Origin: Chiloscyllium plagiosum
Taxonomy: Eukaryota
Reading direction: 5' to 3'
NCBI RefSeq assembly: GCF_004010195.1
Contig: NC_057754.1
Span: 8,540,720-8,583,194 of the forward strand
DNA length: 42,475 bases
The position numbers and the translations under genes are program-made. Within the stretch, counting starts at the first letter, position 1. Every line of letters begins with the position of its first letter. The notes under the pieces were generated by a model. The model did no database searches, was not told where the DNA came from, and saw only the letters and a list, made by a program, of their open reading frames with translations. This document shows positions 24,028 to 35,986 of this stretch, in pieces.

Positions 24028-24680
24028 CACAGGAACCTCGATTATCCGAATGAGGTGGGTGGGCACTATTTCATTCAGATAATTGATTATTTGGATAATC
24101 GATTTGACCTTAAACAATGGGAAGCCAGACTGATCTAATGCGGTGCTCTACTGGTGAGTTTGTTTAAATCTATAATTTTGATGAGTCTGCTATTTAAACA
24201 AACTAATCTTTGCATTCTGCAATTTACAGGTTAAACTGCGATGGACTAAAACCTGATCATAACAAAAATATATGAAATCCCAGCATTCAGTAAGGTCCCG
24301 AACAGCTTCTACAGTCACAAGAGTATTTGTCAGTTTCCGCTGAACTCAGTATCGCGATAGAAATACAGAAGTACAACCTCACGCATGTGTTTATTTCCTT
24401 GGCCATTTTTCTTTCATGAATAGCCCAGTAAAGTGATGTGAATAAGGCACTTACTTTTGCAAAGGGCTGTGTAACTAACCTTTATGTTTAAAAAAATTCA
24501 GTCGCTGTTGCTTGAAGTGCTTGTGTTTCTTTGTTATTGCGAGTGTTTTCGCATGTTCTTCAGTACAGGTAATTCGAATACACTTACCTCTTTGATGCCA
24601 CGTTTCTGTGGGACCTTGAGATCTACTTCGGATAATCTGAAATTCAGATAATTGATATTCGGATAATTGAGGTTCCTCTG
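24028..24680. mobile_element. Non-autonomous Tc1/mariner-pogo (Tigger-like) DNA transposon, 653 bp
   Basis: TA TSD (24026-24027, 24681-24682); 24-bp TIRs ca(c/g)aggaacctc(g/a)attatccgaat with 2 mismatches; subterminal (g/a)gataat repeats; no transposase ORF. Confidence 0.88.
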
Positions 24681-25110
24681 TATTCCAATATTGACATCCC
24701 AAGTCTACAGAAATTTACTTTGCAACAATGCAGAGGGTGAGGATAAAGAATTTGCAAGGACATGCATTGACAGACCATGGCTGGTGAAGCAGAGAGGCCC
24801 AATGGGCAGGGATCAGTCCCGCATCAGATCGGCCACTCAGTCCTCCAGGAATATGATCAATCCCCCGTCACACCGATCACGCAGTCCTCCGGGACACAAA
24901 TTATCAACCAACCTTTTGAACATCAGTGGTAGGAAATCTAACAGGATCCTCACTAAAGTGGAGAAACCTGTGAGAGAGAAGGGAATCTCAGGTAATTCTG
25001 TTTGCTTTAGATGACAGGAGGATTGAGTGTGTCATAGGATTCCAGCATGGACTCGTTGGACTGAAAGCACTTCAATTTGTGCTGGATGTCCCATGACAGA
25101 TTTAATCTCA

Positions 25111-25616
25111 ATGTGGAGGAACCAGTGTCGGACTGGGCTGGAGAAAGTTAAAAATCGCACAACACCAGGTTACAGTCCAATGGGGATAGCTTTCAGAGTG
25201 CCGTTCCTTCTTCGGGTGGTTGTGAAGCAGGATCATAAGACACAGAATTTATAGCAAAAGATTACAGTGTCATACAGCTAAAATGATATATTGAGAAAAC
25301 CTGGATTGTTGTTAAGTCTTTCATCTTGTGTAATGGGGTAAACCTTAAGTTATCTAGAGAAGGTGTCTTAAAAGAAGTTCTGAGATTTACATATTAATGG
25401 ATTGAAACCATTGTAAAAGATGAAAGACTTAGCAACAATCCAGGTTTGTTCAATATATCATTTCAGTCGTATGACACTGTAATCTTTTGCTATAAATTCT
25501 GTGCCTTATGGTCTTATTCTCCACAACCACCTGATGAAGAAGCAGCGCTCCCAAAGCTAGTGCTTCCAAATAAACCTGTTGGACTGTAACCTGGTGTTGT
25601 GTGATTTTTAACTAAG
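25111..25616. mobile_element. Family-B Penelope-end fold-back element
   Basis: About 190-bp inverted arms; degenerate hammerhead cac-ctgatga...caaagcta-gtg at 25528-25562; 10-bp TSD tttaatctca at 25101-25110 and 25617-25626. Confidence 0.85.
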
Positions 25617-25767
25617 TTTAATCTCACAAATTTTCCAAAATGGAGATACTTGAAATCACGTCACTCGCACTCTCACACACACTCATTTAACACACTCACT
25701 CTCAATCTCACTCACATTCACACTCCCTCATTCACACACACAATCAGACACACACTTGCATACAAAG

Positions 25768-26800
25768 TAGGCTTCATGATGGCAAACAGAGGGCAGTAGC
25801 TGGGAGGGTTTTTTTATCGGACTGGAGGTCTGTGACCAGCGATGGTCCACAGGGATTAGTACGGGGTCCACTTTTGTTTGTCATTTATAGAAATGACTTT
25901 GGATGAAACTGTAGGAGATATGGTTAATAACTTTGCAGATGACACCAGAGTAGTGGTACAGTGAACCGTGAATCAGGTTATCTGAGATTATCTTGGTCAA
26001 ATGGAACAATGGGCTGAGGAGTGGCAGATGGAGTTTAATTTGGATAAATGTAACACATTGCATTTTGGTAATATAAACAAGGACAGGACTTCCACAATTA
26101 ATGGTAGGGCCCTGTGTTGTGTTGTATAACAGAAAGATTTTGGGGTTCAGGTACATGATTCTTTGAAATTTACATCACAGGTAGTCAGAAGTCATTTTGC
26201 ATGCTTGTCTTCATTGTGCAGATGTTTAGGAGTTGAGACACGGTGTTGCGAGTGTACAGGACATTGGTGAGGCCTCGTCTGGAGTACTGTGTTCAGTTAT
26301 GGTCACCCTGCTAGAGGAAGAATAATAAACCAGAGAGGATTCAGGAAAGATTTACCTAGGTGTTGCTGGGAATGGTGCATTTGAGATATAAAAATAGACT
26401 GGAAAGGTTGGGACTTCTTTTTCACTGGAGCATAGGAGATTGAGAGATTAATCGTTTATTAAATCATGAGGGGCATAAATAAGGTGAATGTCAAGGATCT
26501 TTTCCCTCGGGTGGGGAGTTCAAAACAAGGGGCCGTGCTTTCAAGATGAGAGGAAAAAGATTTAAGAAGGAGGAGAGGCAATGCTTTTACACAGAGAGTG
26601 GTTCGTGTGTGGAATGAATTGCCAGAGAACGTGCTGGGTGTGGGTATAGTTGCAATGTTGAAAAGATAAATTCATGATTAGGAAAGGTTTGGAGGGATAT
26701 GAGGCAAGGCAGCAGGTGGGACTAGTTTAATTTGGAAACATGGTCAGCATGGATTACATGGACAAAATGGTCTATTTCCATGCTGTATGGCTCTATGACT
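25768..26800 (+). mobile_element. CR1/HER1 LINE, 5'-truncated RT to 3' end
   Basis: PQGLVRGPLLFVIY, FADDT, EEWQMEFNLDKC, RPRLEYCVQLWSP, tail ctctatgact. Confidence 0.92.
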
Positions 26801-27246
26801 TACTTCAGTCACATCATACCCACTCTCTGTCACACATTCACTCATTCAGACTCTTATACACACTCATCTCACTCATCTCTCATATGTACACTCTGAACTT
26901 CTCCCAAAAACTCTTACACGAACACTCTCACACAGACGTTCTCATATACACTCCCTAATGCACACACTAACACATCTTGCACTGTCATCTCACACTCATC
27001 TAGACACACATCCTCATTCACACTCTCTCACACAAACGCACTCTCACACCTACACTCACTCACACCTTGATGCACACACACACTCAATTCTCTCAATCTT
27101 TTACACACTCTTGCATTCTGACAATTAGACATGCACGCACTCACACTCTCTACCTTCACATAACCATCTCACACACTCTCACTTACACAGTATCTCTAAC
27201 ACTCATATACTTACATTCTCTCATTTACACATACGCAAATTATCTG

Positions 27247-27500
27247 CACTATGGTTTAGGAGAGATGTCAGAGGTCAGTTCTCTACACAGAGAGTGGTGG
27301 GTGCGTGGAATGCACTGCCAGCAGTGGTAGTAGAGTCAGATACATTAGGGACATTTAAGCGACTCTTGGATAGGTACATGGATGCTAGTGAAATATCGGA
27401 TATGTAGGTTAGTCTGATCTTAGAGTAGGATAAAAGATCGGTACAATATTGAGGGCCGAAGGGCCTGTGTTGTGCTGTACTGTTCCATGTTCTATGTTCT
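27247..27500 (+). mobile_element. CR1 LINE 3' end
   Basis: TQRVVGAWNALP, tail (tgttcta)n. Confidence 0.88.
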
Positions 27501-29714
27501 AACTCAGACTCACATTCTCTGTCAAACACAGATAAGTTCACACATGCGTACACAAACTTACAAATGCTTGCACACACACTCACCCTGACAATCACTGTCA
27601 AACACACACTCACTTAAACACACCTGTACAACCTAGTACACACACACGCTCAGCTTTACACATTCTCTCACTCTCATTCTCCCTCACACATTCATCCCAC
27701 GCACTCACTTGGAAACTCTGACGCATACACACACACATGCACGGAGTACTTATTCAGCAAGCACTTTCTTAGGCACCCTCTCATACACTCTCACTTAACA
27801 CTCACACACTGACAGTCTCTCACTCACACACTCAGCCTCACATTCACACAAACTCACTCTCTCACACACACACATTCTCTCCCTCTCATGACAGATATGT
27901 TTGGAATTTGCACTTCCTGTATAAACTCATTAAGTATTCTGGATTTTGGGATCAAGAGAGGAGGGTGAGTGGCATTTTTGATAAGGGATGTATTACATCT
28001 GTACTTAGGGAGGATATTCCTGAGAATACATCCAGGGAAGTTATTTGGGTGGAACTGAGAAATAAGAAAGGGATGATCACCTTATTGGGATTGTACAATA
28101 GACCCCTAATAGAGAGCGGGAAATTGAGAAACAAATTCATAAGGAGATCTCAGTTATCTTAAAGAATAATAGGATAGTTATAGTAGGGGATTTTAACTTT
28201 GCAAACATAGACTGGGACTGCCATAGTGTTAAGTGTTTAGATGGAGAGGATTTTGTTAAGTGTGCACAAGAAAATTTTCGGGTTCTGTATGTGGATGTTG
28301 CTACTGCAGAAGGTGCAAAACTTGGCCTGCTCTTGGGAAATAAGGCAGGGCAGGTGACTGAGGTGTTAGTGGGAGAGCATTTTGGGGCCAGCGACCTTAA
28401 GGGAACTTAGGAGGGCAAAAAAGGGACATAAGACATCTTTGGCAAATAGAGTTAAGGAGAATCCAAAAGATTTTTATAAATGCATTAAGGACAAAAGAGT
28501 AACTAGGGAGAGAATAGGGCCCCTCGAAGATCAGCAAGGCAGCCTTTGTGTGAAATGGCAGGAGATGGGGTAGATGCTAAATGAGTATTTTGCATCAGTG
28601 TTTACTGTGGAAAAGGACATGGAAGATATGGAATGTTGGGAAGTGATTGCTGGGCCCCTTGCTGAGATATTTGTATCATTGATAGTCAGGTGAGGTGCTG
28701 GAAGACTGGAGGTTGGCTAACGTGGTGCCACTATTTAAGAAGGGCGGTAAGGACAAGCCAGGGAATTAAAGACTGGTGAGCCTGACCTCGGTGGAGGGCA
28801 AGTTGTTGGAGGGAATCCGGAGGGACAGGATTTACATGTATTTGGAAAGGCAAGGACTGATTAGGGATAGTCAACATGGCTTTGTGCATGGGAAATCATG
28901 TCTCACAAACTTGACTGAGTTTTTTTGAAAAAGTAACAAAGAGGTTTGATGAGGGCAGAGCAGTGGAGGTTATCTATATGGACTTCACTAAGGCTTTTGA
29001 CAAGGTTCCCCATGGGCGACTGATTAGCAAGGTTAGATCTTATGGAATACAGGGAGAACTAGCCATTTGGATACAGAACTGGCTCAAAGGTAGAAGACAG
29101 AGGGTAGTGGTGGAGGGTTGTTTTTCAGACTGGAGACCTGTGACCAGTGGAGTGCCACAAGGATTGGTGCTGGGTCCACTACTTTTCATAATTTATATAA
29201 ATGATTTGGATGGGAACATAGGAGGTATAGTTAGTAAGTTTGCAGATGACACCAAAATTGGAAGTGTAGTGGACAGCAAAGAAGGTTACCTCAGAGTACA
29301 ACGGGATCTTGATCAGATGGGCCAATGGGCTGAGAAGTGGCAGATGGAGTTTAATTCAGATAAATGCGAGGTCCTGCATTTTAGAAAGGTAAATCTTAGC
29401 AGGACTTAATGGTAAGGTCCTGGGGAGTGTTACTGAACAAAGAGACCTTGGAGTGCAGGTTCATAGCTCCTTGAAAGTAGAGTCATGGGTAGATAGGATA
29501 GTGAAGAAGGTGTTTGGTATGCTTTTCTTTATTGGTCAGAACATTGAGTATAGGAGTTGGGACGTCATGTTGCGGCTGTACAGGACATTGATTAGGCCAC
29601 TTTTGGAATCTTGCATGCAATTCTAGTGTCCCTCCTATTGGAAGGGTGTTGTGAAACTTGAAAGGGTTCAGAAAAGATTTACAAGGATGTTGCCAGGGTT
29701 GGAAGGTTTGAGCT

Positions 29715-29932
29715 GGAAATGTGTTGCTGGAAAAGCACAGCAGGTCAGACAGCATCCAGGGAACAGGAGAATCGACGTTTCGGGCATAAGCCCTTCTTCA
29801 GGAAAGCCCTTCTTCGGGCTTATGCCCGAAACGTCGATTCTCCTGTTCCCTGGATGCTGTCTGACCTGCTGCGCTTTTCCAGCAACACATTTCCAGCTCT
29901 GATCTCCAGCATCTGCAGACCTCACTTTCTCC
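29715..29932. mobile_element. Family-A Penelope-end fold-back element nested in CR1
   Basis: Near-perfect inverted arms; intact hammerhead core on minus strand at 29774-29801; perfect 16-bp TSD ttggaaggtttgagct at 29699-29714 and 29933-29948. Confidence 0.92.
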
Positions 29933-30119
29933 TTGGAAGGTTTGAGCTATAGGTAGAGGCTGAATAGGCTGGGGCTGTTTTCCCTGGAGTGTCAGAGGCT
30001 GAGGTGTGACCTTATACAGGCTTATAAAATCAGGAGGGGCATGGATAGAGTAAATTGACAAGGACTTAGCGAGTTTTGACAACGTCTTTTCCCTGCGGTG
30101 GGGAGTTCAGAACGAGAGA

Positions 30120-30657
30120 TTGGTGGAGTAGCAGAAAGCATAAGGGACTGTCAGAGAATACAGGACGATATAGATAGACTGGAGAGTTGGGCGGAAAAGT
30201 GGCAGGTGGCTTTCAATCCAGACGAATGTGAGGTGATGCCTTCATTGGACGGGGTATTGAGTACAAGAGCTGGCAAGTCATGTTAAAATTGTACAAGACA
30301 TTTGTCCGGCTGCATTTAGAATATTGTGTACAGTTCTGGTCGCCACATTACCAAAAGGATGTGGACCCTTTGGAGAGGGTGCAGAGAAGGCTTACGAGGA
30401 TGTTATACACGTGGCAAGTACTTCACACAGAGGGTGGTGGACATTTGGGACGCGTTGCCAGCAGAGGTGGTAGAGGCAGGCATGGTAGATTCATTTAAGT
30501 TGCGTCTGGACAGATGCATGAGTAGGTGGGGAGCAGAGGGATACAAATGCTTAGGAGTTGACCAACAGGTTGAGACAGTACATATGGATCGGCTCAGGCT
30601 TGGAGGGCCGAAGGACCTGTTCCTGGACTGTAATTTTTTCTTTCTTTGTTCTTCTTT
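30120..30657 (+). mobile_element. Second CR1 subfamily fragment nested in the CR1 3' region
   Basis: IQDDIDRLESWAEKWQVAFNPDEC, LEYCVQFWSPHY, its own 3' tail; possible TSD gagaga at 30114-30119 and 30658-30663. Confidence 0.85.
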
Positions 30658-31553
30658 GAGAGAGCATAGGTTGAAGATGAGAGGGGAAAGATATAAAAGG
30701 GACCTAAAGGGCAACTTTTTCACATAGAGGGTGGTGCATGAATGGAATGAGCTGCCAGAGAAAATGGTGGTGGCTGGTACAATTACAGCATTTAAAAGGC
30801 ATCTGGATGGGTATGTGAATAAAAAGGGTTTAGCGAAATATGGACCAAGTGCTGGCAAATGGGGCCAGATTAATTTAGGATATCTGGTCAGCATGGACGC
30901 GTTGGACTGAAGGGTCTGTTTCCGTGCTGTATATCTCTAATACTCTATGACTTATTGATCTTTATGACCCTAATGCATACTTGCTTGCACAATTTGCTTA
31001 TCACAAGGTGTTGGTGGAACCATTTTTCATGTTCGCCAGCATTCTGTTTGCTCTTGCACACCTTATTCCCCTTTTACTTTCTTTCCTAGTTGTACTTACG
31101 TATTTCCTGTTGAATGGCTAATCTAACTTGCATCCCATTCAAAGTATATGGATATCCTTTCTCTCTCTTTCATTATCAGTAGAATCCTGGCATTGGCTCA
31201 TCCATCGTTCCTTCTCAATTGAAGCAAGCCAGACATTCACATTGAAATTCAATGCCAGTTTGAAAAGTTGCAATGTAACATGGAGAGGTCAGGATATGAG
31301 TTACTCCATAGGTCAGACGGAAACACAGACAAACTGATCCAAGTTTCAGTCCAATGTCCTTTCATTACTTCTGGGCTAATTGGAATAGTAGTGTGCTTTA
31401 AGGCAGTGAAAGAGTGGGGAAATAAGGCAGAAATATCGACCTGGAAAATGTTTGGAAGCCAGGAGGGAGAGACTAAGATTAGCACATGTCAGGTCCAGTC
31501 AAGAGGAGAGCAGCATAAGCTTCCTCACGCTGCAGCCCAGTGTCAGAGCAATT

Positions 31554-31685
31554 CATAGAACATAGAAAAGTACAGCACAGAACAGGCCCTTTGGCCTACG
31601 ATGTTGTGCCGAGGATTAATCCTAATGTAAAATAAAATAACCTAACCCACGCCCCCCTCAATTCACTGCTGTCTATGTGCATATT
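31554..31685 (-). mobile_element. CR1 LINE 3' tail
   Basis: catagaacatagaaaagtacagcacagaacaggccctttgg. Confidence 0.8.
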
Positions 31686-32379
31686 CAGTTACCCAATTCA
31701 ATGGGAAAAACCAAAGTATGTGGAGGAGATGTGAATGGTAGAATGGAGACAATTACCAACAGGAAAACAAAACCATGTGGAAAGTCCGGTTTAAGCTCAA
31801 ATTCTACAAACGATATTAAATCAAAACGAGGAACGGTTTCTGATATCGTTGATTCAATTTTGATCCCTGGAAGACTGGGAAGCACTGAACTGACAGATGT
31901 GGTGCGATTTCTTGATCTCGTGAGCTGAGAATCTTTGGAAAATGTCAGGAGGTCGAGAACCCAGTGATGAGCTTGAACTAATTTGCCCCAGATATTTATT
32001 TCACCACCTTGACTCTCGGCTAATATTGGGTCCACAAAACACTGATCCGTCAACCATACAAACTACTCAATCCTTACTGCTGTATGAAACTGGCGCTGAT
32101 ATATATTTTAATCTTTCAGGAGAGATCAATGATTTTATTTTCATGAATATCCAAAATTCAAAGCATTTACTCAAAGAATTCCACGTTTTAGAACAGCAGG
32201 CTTTTTACTATATAATAATTAAAAATGTACACACTACATCATTCCTGCGACAGCAATCAGGGATGCCGCATTCACATATGTTAAATGTAGGTTAACATGA
32301 CATTTCAGCTAATTACAAATTATAGATTGTTGATTACTTGTTAACAGCAGATGCAGAGAAGACAGATCTTATTGGATCT

Positions 32380-32755
32380 TACTTTACTGGTCAGAGCATT
32401 GAGTATAGGGGTTGGGAGGTCATGCTGCAGCTGTACAGGACATTGGTCCAGTGTCTTTTGAAATATGGTATGGAAGGATGTTGTGAAACTTGAAAGGGGT
32501 TCAGAAAAGATTTGCAAAGATGTTTCCAGGGTTGGAGGGCTTGAGCTATAGAGAGAGGCTGAATAGACTAGGGCTGAGCGTCGGAAGCTGAGAGGTGACT
32601 TTATAGAGGTTTATAAAATCATAAGGGGCATGGATAGGAGAAATAGACAAAGCCCTTTCCCTGGGGTAGGAGAGTCCAGAACTAAAGGGTATACGTTTAG
32701 GATGAGAGGGGAAAGATATAAAAGAGACCAAAGGGGCAACGTTTTCATGCAGAGG
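32380..32755 (+). mobile_element. CR1/HER1 LINE fragment
   Basis: LIEVYKIIRGMDR, GVGESRTKGYTFRMRGERYKRDQRGNVFMQR. Confidence 0.88.
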
Positions 32756-32833
32756 TTAAAGAGACAGTGGCAAACATTGACTCGAAGGGACCACAGAAAC
32801 AGAGAGAGGAATGGGAGCATTTAACCCTTTGTA

Positions 32834-32926
32834 GGAGAAAGTAGGGCTTATGCCCGAAACGTCGATTCTCCTGTTCCTTGGATGCTGCCTGACCTGCTGC
32901 GCTTTTCCAGCAACACATTTTTCAGC
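32834..32926. mobile_element. Family-A Penelope-end element with one arm almost entirely missing
   Basis: ggagaaagt (9-nt inverted tail stub) joined to agggcttatgcccgaaacgtc...cagc; perfect 14-bp TSD tttaaccctttgta at 32820-32833 and 32927-32940. Confidence 0.88.
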
Positions 32927-33119
32927 TTTAACCCTTTGTAAACAAGGATGGCCGGCCTGACAGCCAATGGAGCAGGTGTGACAATGAAAGGGACTGACTG
33001 TGAATAAAGATATGAAAGTTTGGATGATGTTGAGAGTACAAAATGGGATAATTATGGGAGACCATCATAATGCTCTCCCATAATGCGTTGCAATATTGAC
33101 ATTCTGTGCGATGCATGGA

Positions 33120-33730
33120 TTAGATGTCCAGCGCCCCTTGAACAGAGACAGGAGGTGAAGCCTGGGTAATCTTTATGGCGGTAAGTATTCATTCCTATTA
33201 GCAGAGAGCAAGGTGGCAGATAGTGGACGGGTCAAAAGAGAGATAGCGCTCGGTTAGAGATGGAAATCTCCAACCTGTGTGTAGGAACCTCCACTGTGTT
33301 TTGCATGGTGTGGCTGAGGAATATCCAGTATCTGAGAAATCTGAAGCAGCCATGGAACGGTGAGGGGATGGAGTCAAGATCCAGGTGCGGTCCCGCTCGA
33401 CTTGATGTTGGTGGAGAGTGAATGGAAGATGCTGGTGAGGCAGGAGTGCCAATATCAGTGGGCAGGTTGTAAAGAAGGCAAGTAGATATTTGGCACCATC
33501 AAATAAGATGTAATTTCTCCCTTGATATTTCCGCACTGTGTCTGGGCTGAATTCTGAATGGAAGGATTCAATATTAAGCTCTGGCACAGGTCGGGGAAGT
33601 AACATCAGGATCAAAGATTTTGGAGAGGAAAAGGGGATTGGAAATTGTGTTGCAAGGGACAGATGGCGTGGTGTATTTCAGCAGAGGCTTGAGTATGGCT
33701 GGTTTAATGTAGCAAGGGATAGGCTGTAAG
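33120..33730 (-). mobile_element. Highly degraded L2-type LINE RT fragment
   Basis: Minus strand aatttccaatccccttttcctctccaaaatc resembles RPISNLPFLSKIL; weaker matches to SAAFDT and WF.SYL motifs. Confidence 0.4.
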
Positions 33731-34096
33731 TACAATTCCATTTGGTCCATTCAAACAGCCACCAAATGGAAGCACCAGGCAGGACTGTTGCTCATGTTAT
33801 ACTCACAGAGACATCTAGCATCTGCAGCAGCTTGCTCTTGTAAGGATAAGATATTTCTTCTTGAGCAGATGGAAATAGGTGCGATTCCAACCACTCGGAG
33901 TGTGAGAGACAATCCCTGCTGCCCCCTCTCGAGGTGCTGTATCTCTCCTGAACTCACTTGCTGGAACTCCAATCTCTTTCCCCCTGTGCACCTCACTTTG
34001 TCCTCGACTGGGCGTCTTTGAGTCACTTCGTGAAATCGAAACCTTGAGACCGGTTCTGTGATGTCGAATATTTCGGTTAGAAATTAAATGAGCAAT

Positions 34097-35097
34097 GGGC
34101 AAGGATGTCCTGCAGCAACCCAGAACTCAGGAAGACAGAATATATACAAAGGATTTAAATGGAACAGTTAACCAAAGAGCACTATCCTCCAGTTCTTAAG
34201 GGACAAACCCAAAGGAAAAAAAAACACATGACCAGACACGAGAGCGACCAAACCATACATCAAAGACATATCAGAGATAACTACCTAACTACTCAGAACC
34301 CCTGGCAATCTTAGTGGCTCCATAAACCGGTTAGCACTTTCCACCAGCTCCTCACAAAGGTTAAAGACTCAACACCCACATCCAACAGGATGGATGTCAT
34401 GTACAAGTCTGTGAAAATCACCACATGGGACAAACAGGAAGAAAACTAACCATACGAGTGTACCAACATCAGCTGACCACTGCCGGACATGACCAGTTCT
34501 CTCTCAGTTTCAATGACACAGACAAGGAAGGACACAAATTCAACTGGGACAATGTAACCATCCTAGCACAGACAAAACCGAGACATGCCAGAGAGTTCCT
34601 TGAATCCTGGAACTCCAATGAGAACTCAATCAATAGAGACACAGAGACATAGAGATGTACAGCACAGAGACAGGCCCTTTGGTCCAACCTGTCCATACCG
34701 ACCAGATATCCCAACCCAATCCAATCCCATTAGCCAACACTTTGTCCATCTCTCTCTCTAAACGATTTCTATTCAATACCCATTCAGATGCTTTTTAAAA
34801 TATTGTAACTGAACCAGTCTCCATCACTTTCTCTGGCAGCTTATTCCACACACTCACCACCCTCTGCGTGAAAAAGTTGCCCCTTTGGTCCCTTTCATAT
34901 CTTTCCCCTCCATTGAACAGGAGCCCATATACAAAACACTCAGATACAGAACTGGAAGTACCAACAAACAGAGACATTTAGATACCAGATGGGACAGAGC
35001 ACCAGAGCCTTATCAAAGACACAGGGACGATGTCACCTAGCGAGGTGTCGAAACGTTACCAGAGGAACGGCTCGGCGAACGAATCCACGACTTCATG
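34097..35097 (+). mobile_element. 5'-truncated Penelope-like element (Poseidon-type) with GIY-YIG remnant, inserted into the GPCR C-terminal coding region
   Basis: ARMSCSNPELRK, PYIKDISEIT, HKPVST, MGQTGRKLTIRVYQH...GHKFNWDNVTILAQ...REFLESWNS..SINR; degenerate hammerhead at about 35024-35057; 11-bp TSD aaatgagcaat at 34086-34096 and 35098-35108. Confidence 0.88.
34642..34910 (-). mobile_element. CR1/HER1 3' end nested in the Penelope element
   Basis: GERYERDQRGNFFTQRVVSVWNKLPEKV on minus strand; splits the Penelope INR/IE.EPIY sequence. Confidence 0.88.
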
Positions 35098-35986
35098 AAA
35101 TGAGCAATTGCTGTAAGTGGATATGTCACCATGCTCCTGAGCTGTTCTCGAAACTTGGACTGAGTCACTCCATAAATGAATGTGTTGGTGCAGCAACTCA
35201 AATTCAGTAGCATGATTCCCACTTCGTGAAATATATATTCTGAATGGTTGTAATCAAGAGGCTGTTTTCCTGCAAATTCACCATACAAAATATCAATAAC
35301 AATAACCAACCAAAGGATGATGAAGCTACCAGAAACAGTGAAGAGTAATACCACAGATTTCCTTCTGCTCTCCACCTCTGGGTCACGGTGATCCCCTGGG
35401 CTTCGATGACCCCTCAGTCCTTTGCGGAGTTGACTTGCCTGTAAAATGTGCCTGACTGTCAGAGCATTGAGAAGCAGAATTAAAACAAATGGGAGCACTG
35501 GAGTTAAGATCATGTCAAACCAGCGAAATCTGACCCACCCAGGCTCAGTGAAGTAACTTGGTTTAATATAGCAGTCCCAGGATGCACGGTCAATTCTCAG
35601 CCCGGGTTCAAATACAAAGAAGAAGGGAACATTTTTTAAACAGAGCAGGGCGCAGGTTGTTGCAAGAACCACAATCATATTTTTCGCAGTGCAATATCTT
35701 GTCTTTAGCTTCTGGAAACAAATGGCCACAAATCTATCAAATGAGAAAGTCACAGTGAACCAGACAGAGCAGTTTACAGCTGCACGAATTAGGACAGCAA
35801 TGATGCTGCACACAGGGACGATATTCAGGAAACAAAATAGAAAGTAATAAGAATTGAGCCGCCTCAGTATGATCTCAGTGATAATCACCAGCAGATCAGC
35901 CATTGCCATGGCTATCAGGTAGCGAGTGCTGCAGATGGAGAGGCCACACTTTCTCCAGGCAAGGATCACAATCGTGAACACGTTAA
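35037..35986 (-). CDS. Exon 2 of a class A (rhodopsin-like) GPCR, GPR139/GPR142-like; 338 aa when joined to exon 1
   Basis: Open frame with TM1(end) to TM7: YLIAMAMADLLV, SVWFTVTFSFDRFVAIC, KSVVLLFTVSGSFIILW, SCCTNTFIY, SKFREQL; acceptor tctctctcctttAG at 35987-35988; phase 1 matches exon 1; TAG at 35037-35039. Confidence 0.92.

Larger units (their letters stand above)
25660..27890. repeat. CA/CT-rich low-complexity tract, split by two CR1 insertions
   Basis: Cryptic (cacact)n at 25660-25765, 26805-27240, 27500-27890. Confidence 0.85.
27955..30951 (+). mobile_element. CR1/HER1 LINE ORF2 (APE endonuclease plus RT remnants) with internal deletions and nested insertions
   Basis: EVIWVELRNKKG, IVGDFNF, IYMDFTKAFDKVPH, SGVPQGLVLGPLLF, SKFADDTKIG (28963-29409), tail ctctatgact. 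Confidence 0.95.

Noticed and set aside
26740..27613. His/Thr-rich ORFs
   Set aside because: Translations of CA-rich low-complexity DNA and a CR1 tail.
28963..29409. Functional or domesticated reverse transcriptase gene
   Set aside because: Internal piece of a CR1 ORF2 with flanking stops, frameshifts, deletions and nested insertions.
29651..30082. Recurrent small ORFs MCCWKS(A/T)AGQAAS / EEGLMPETSILL as a peptide family
   Set aside because: Incidental translations of the family-A repeat on both strands, with variable frames and ends.
31128..32295. Cluster of 70-120 aa ORFs in apparently unique sequence
   Set aside because: No recognisable domain, overlapping on both strands, no convincing splice structure.
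35037..35981. Single-exon GPCR starting at the GTG given by the ORF track; assigning the symbol GPR139
   Set aside because: TM1 is incomplete without the exon at 40065-40131; orthology cannot be established and a paralog lies nearby.
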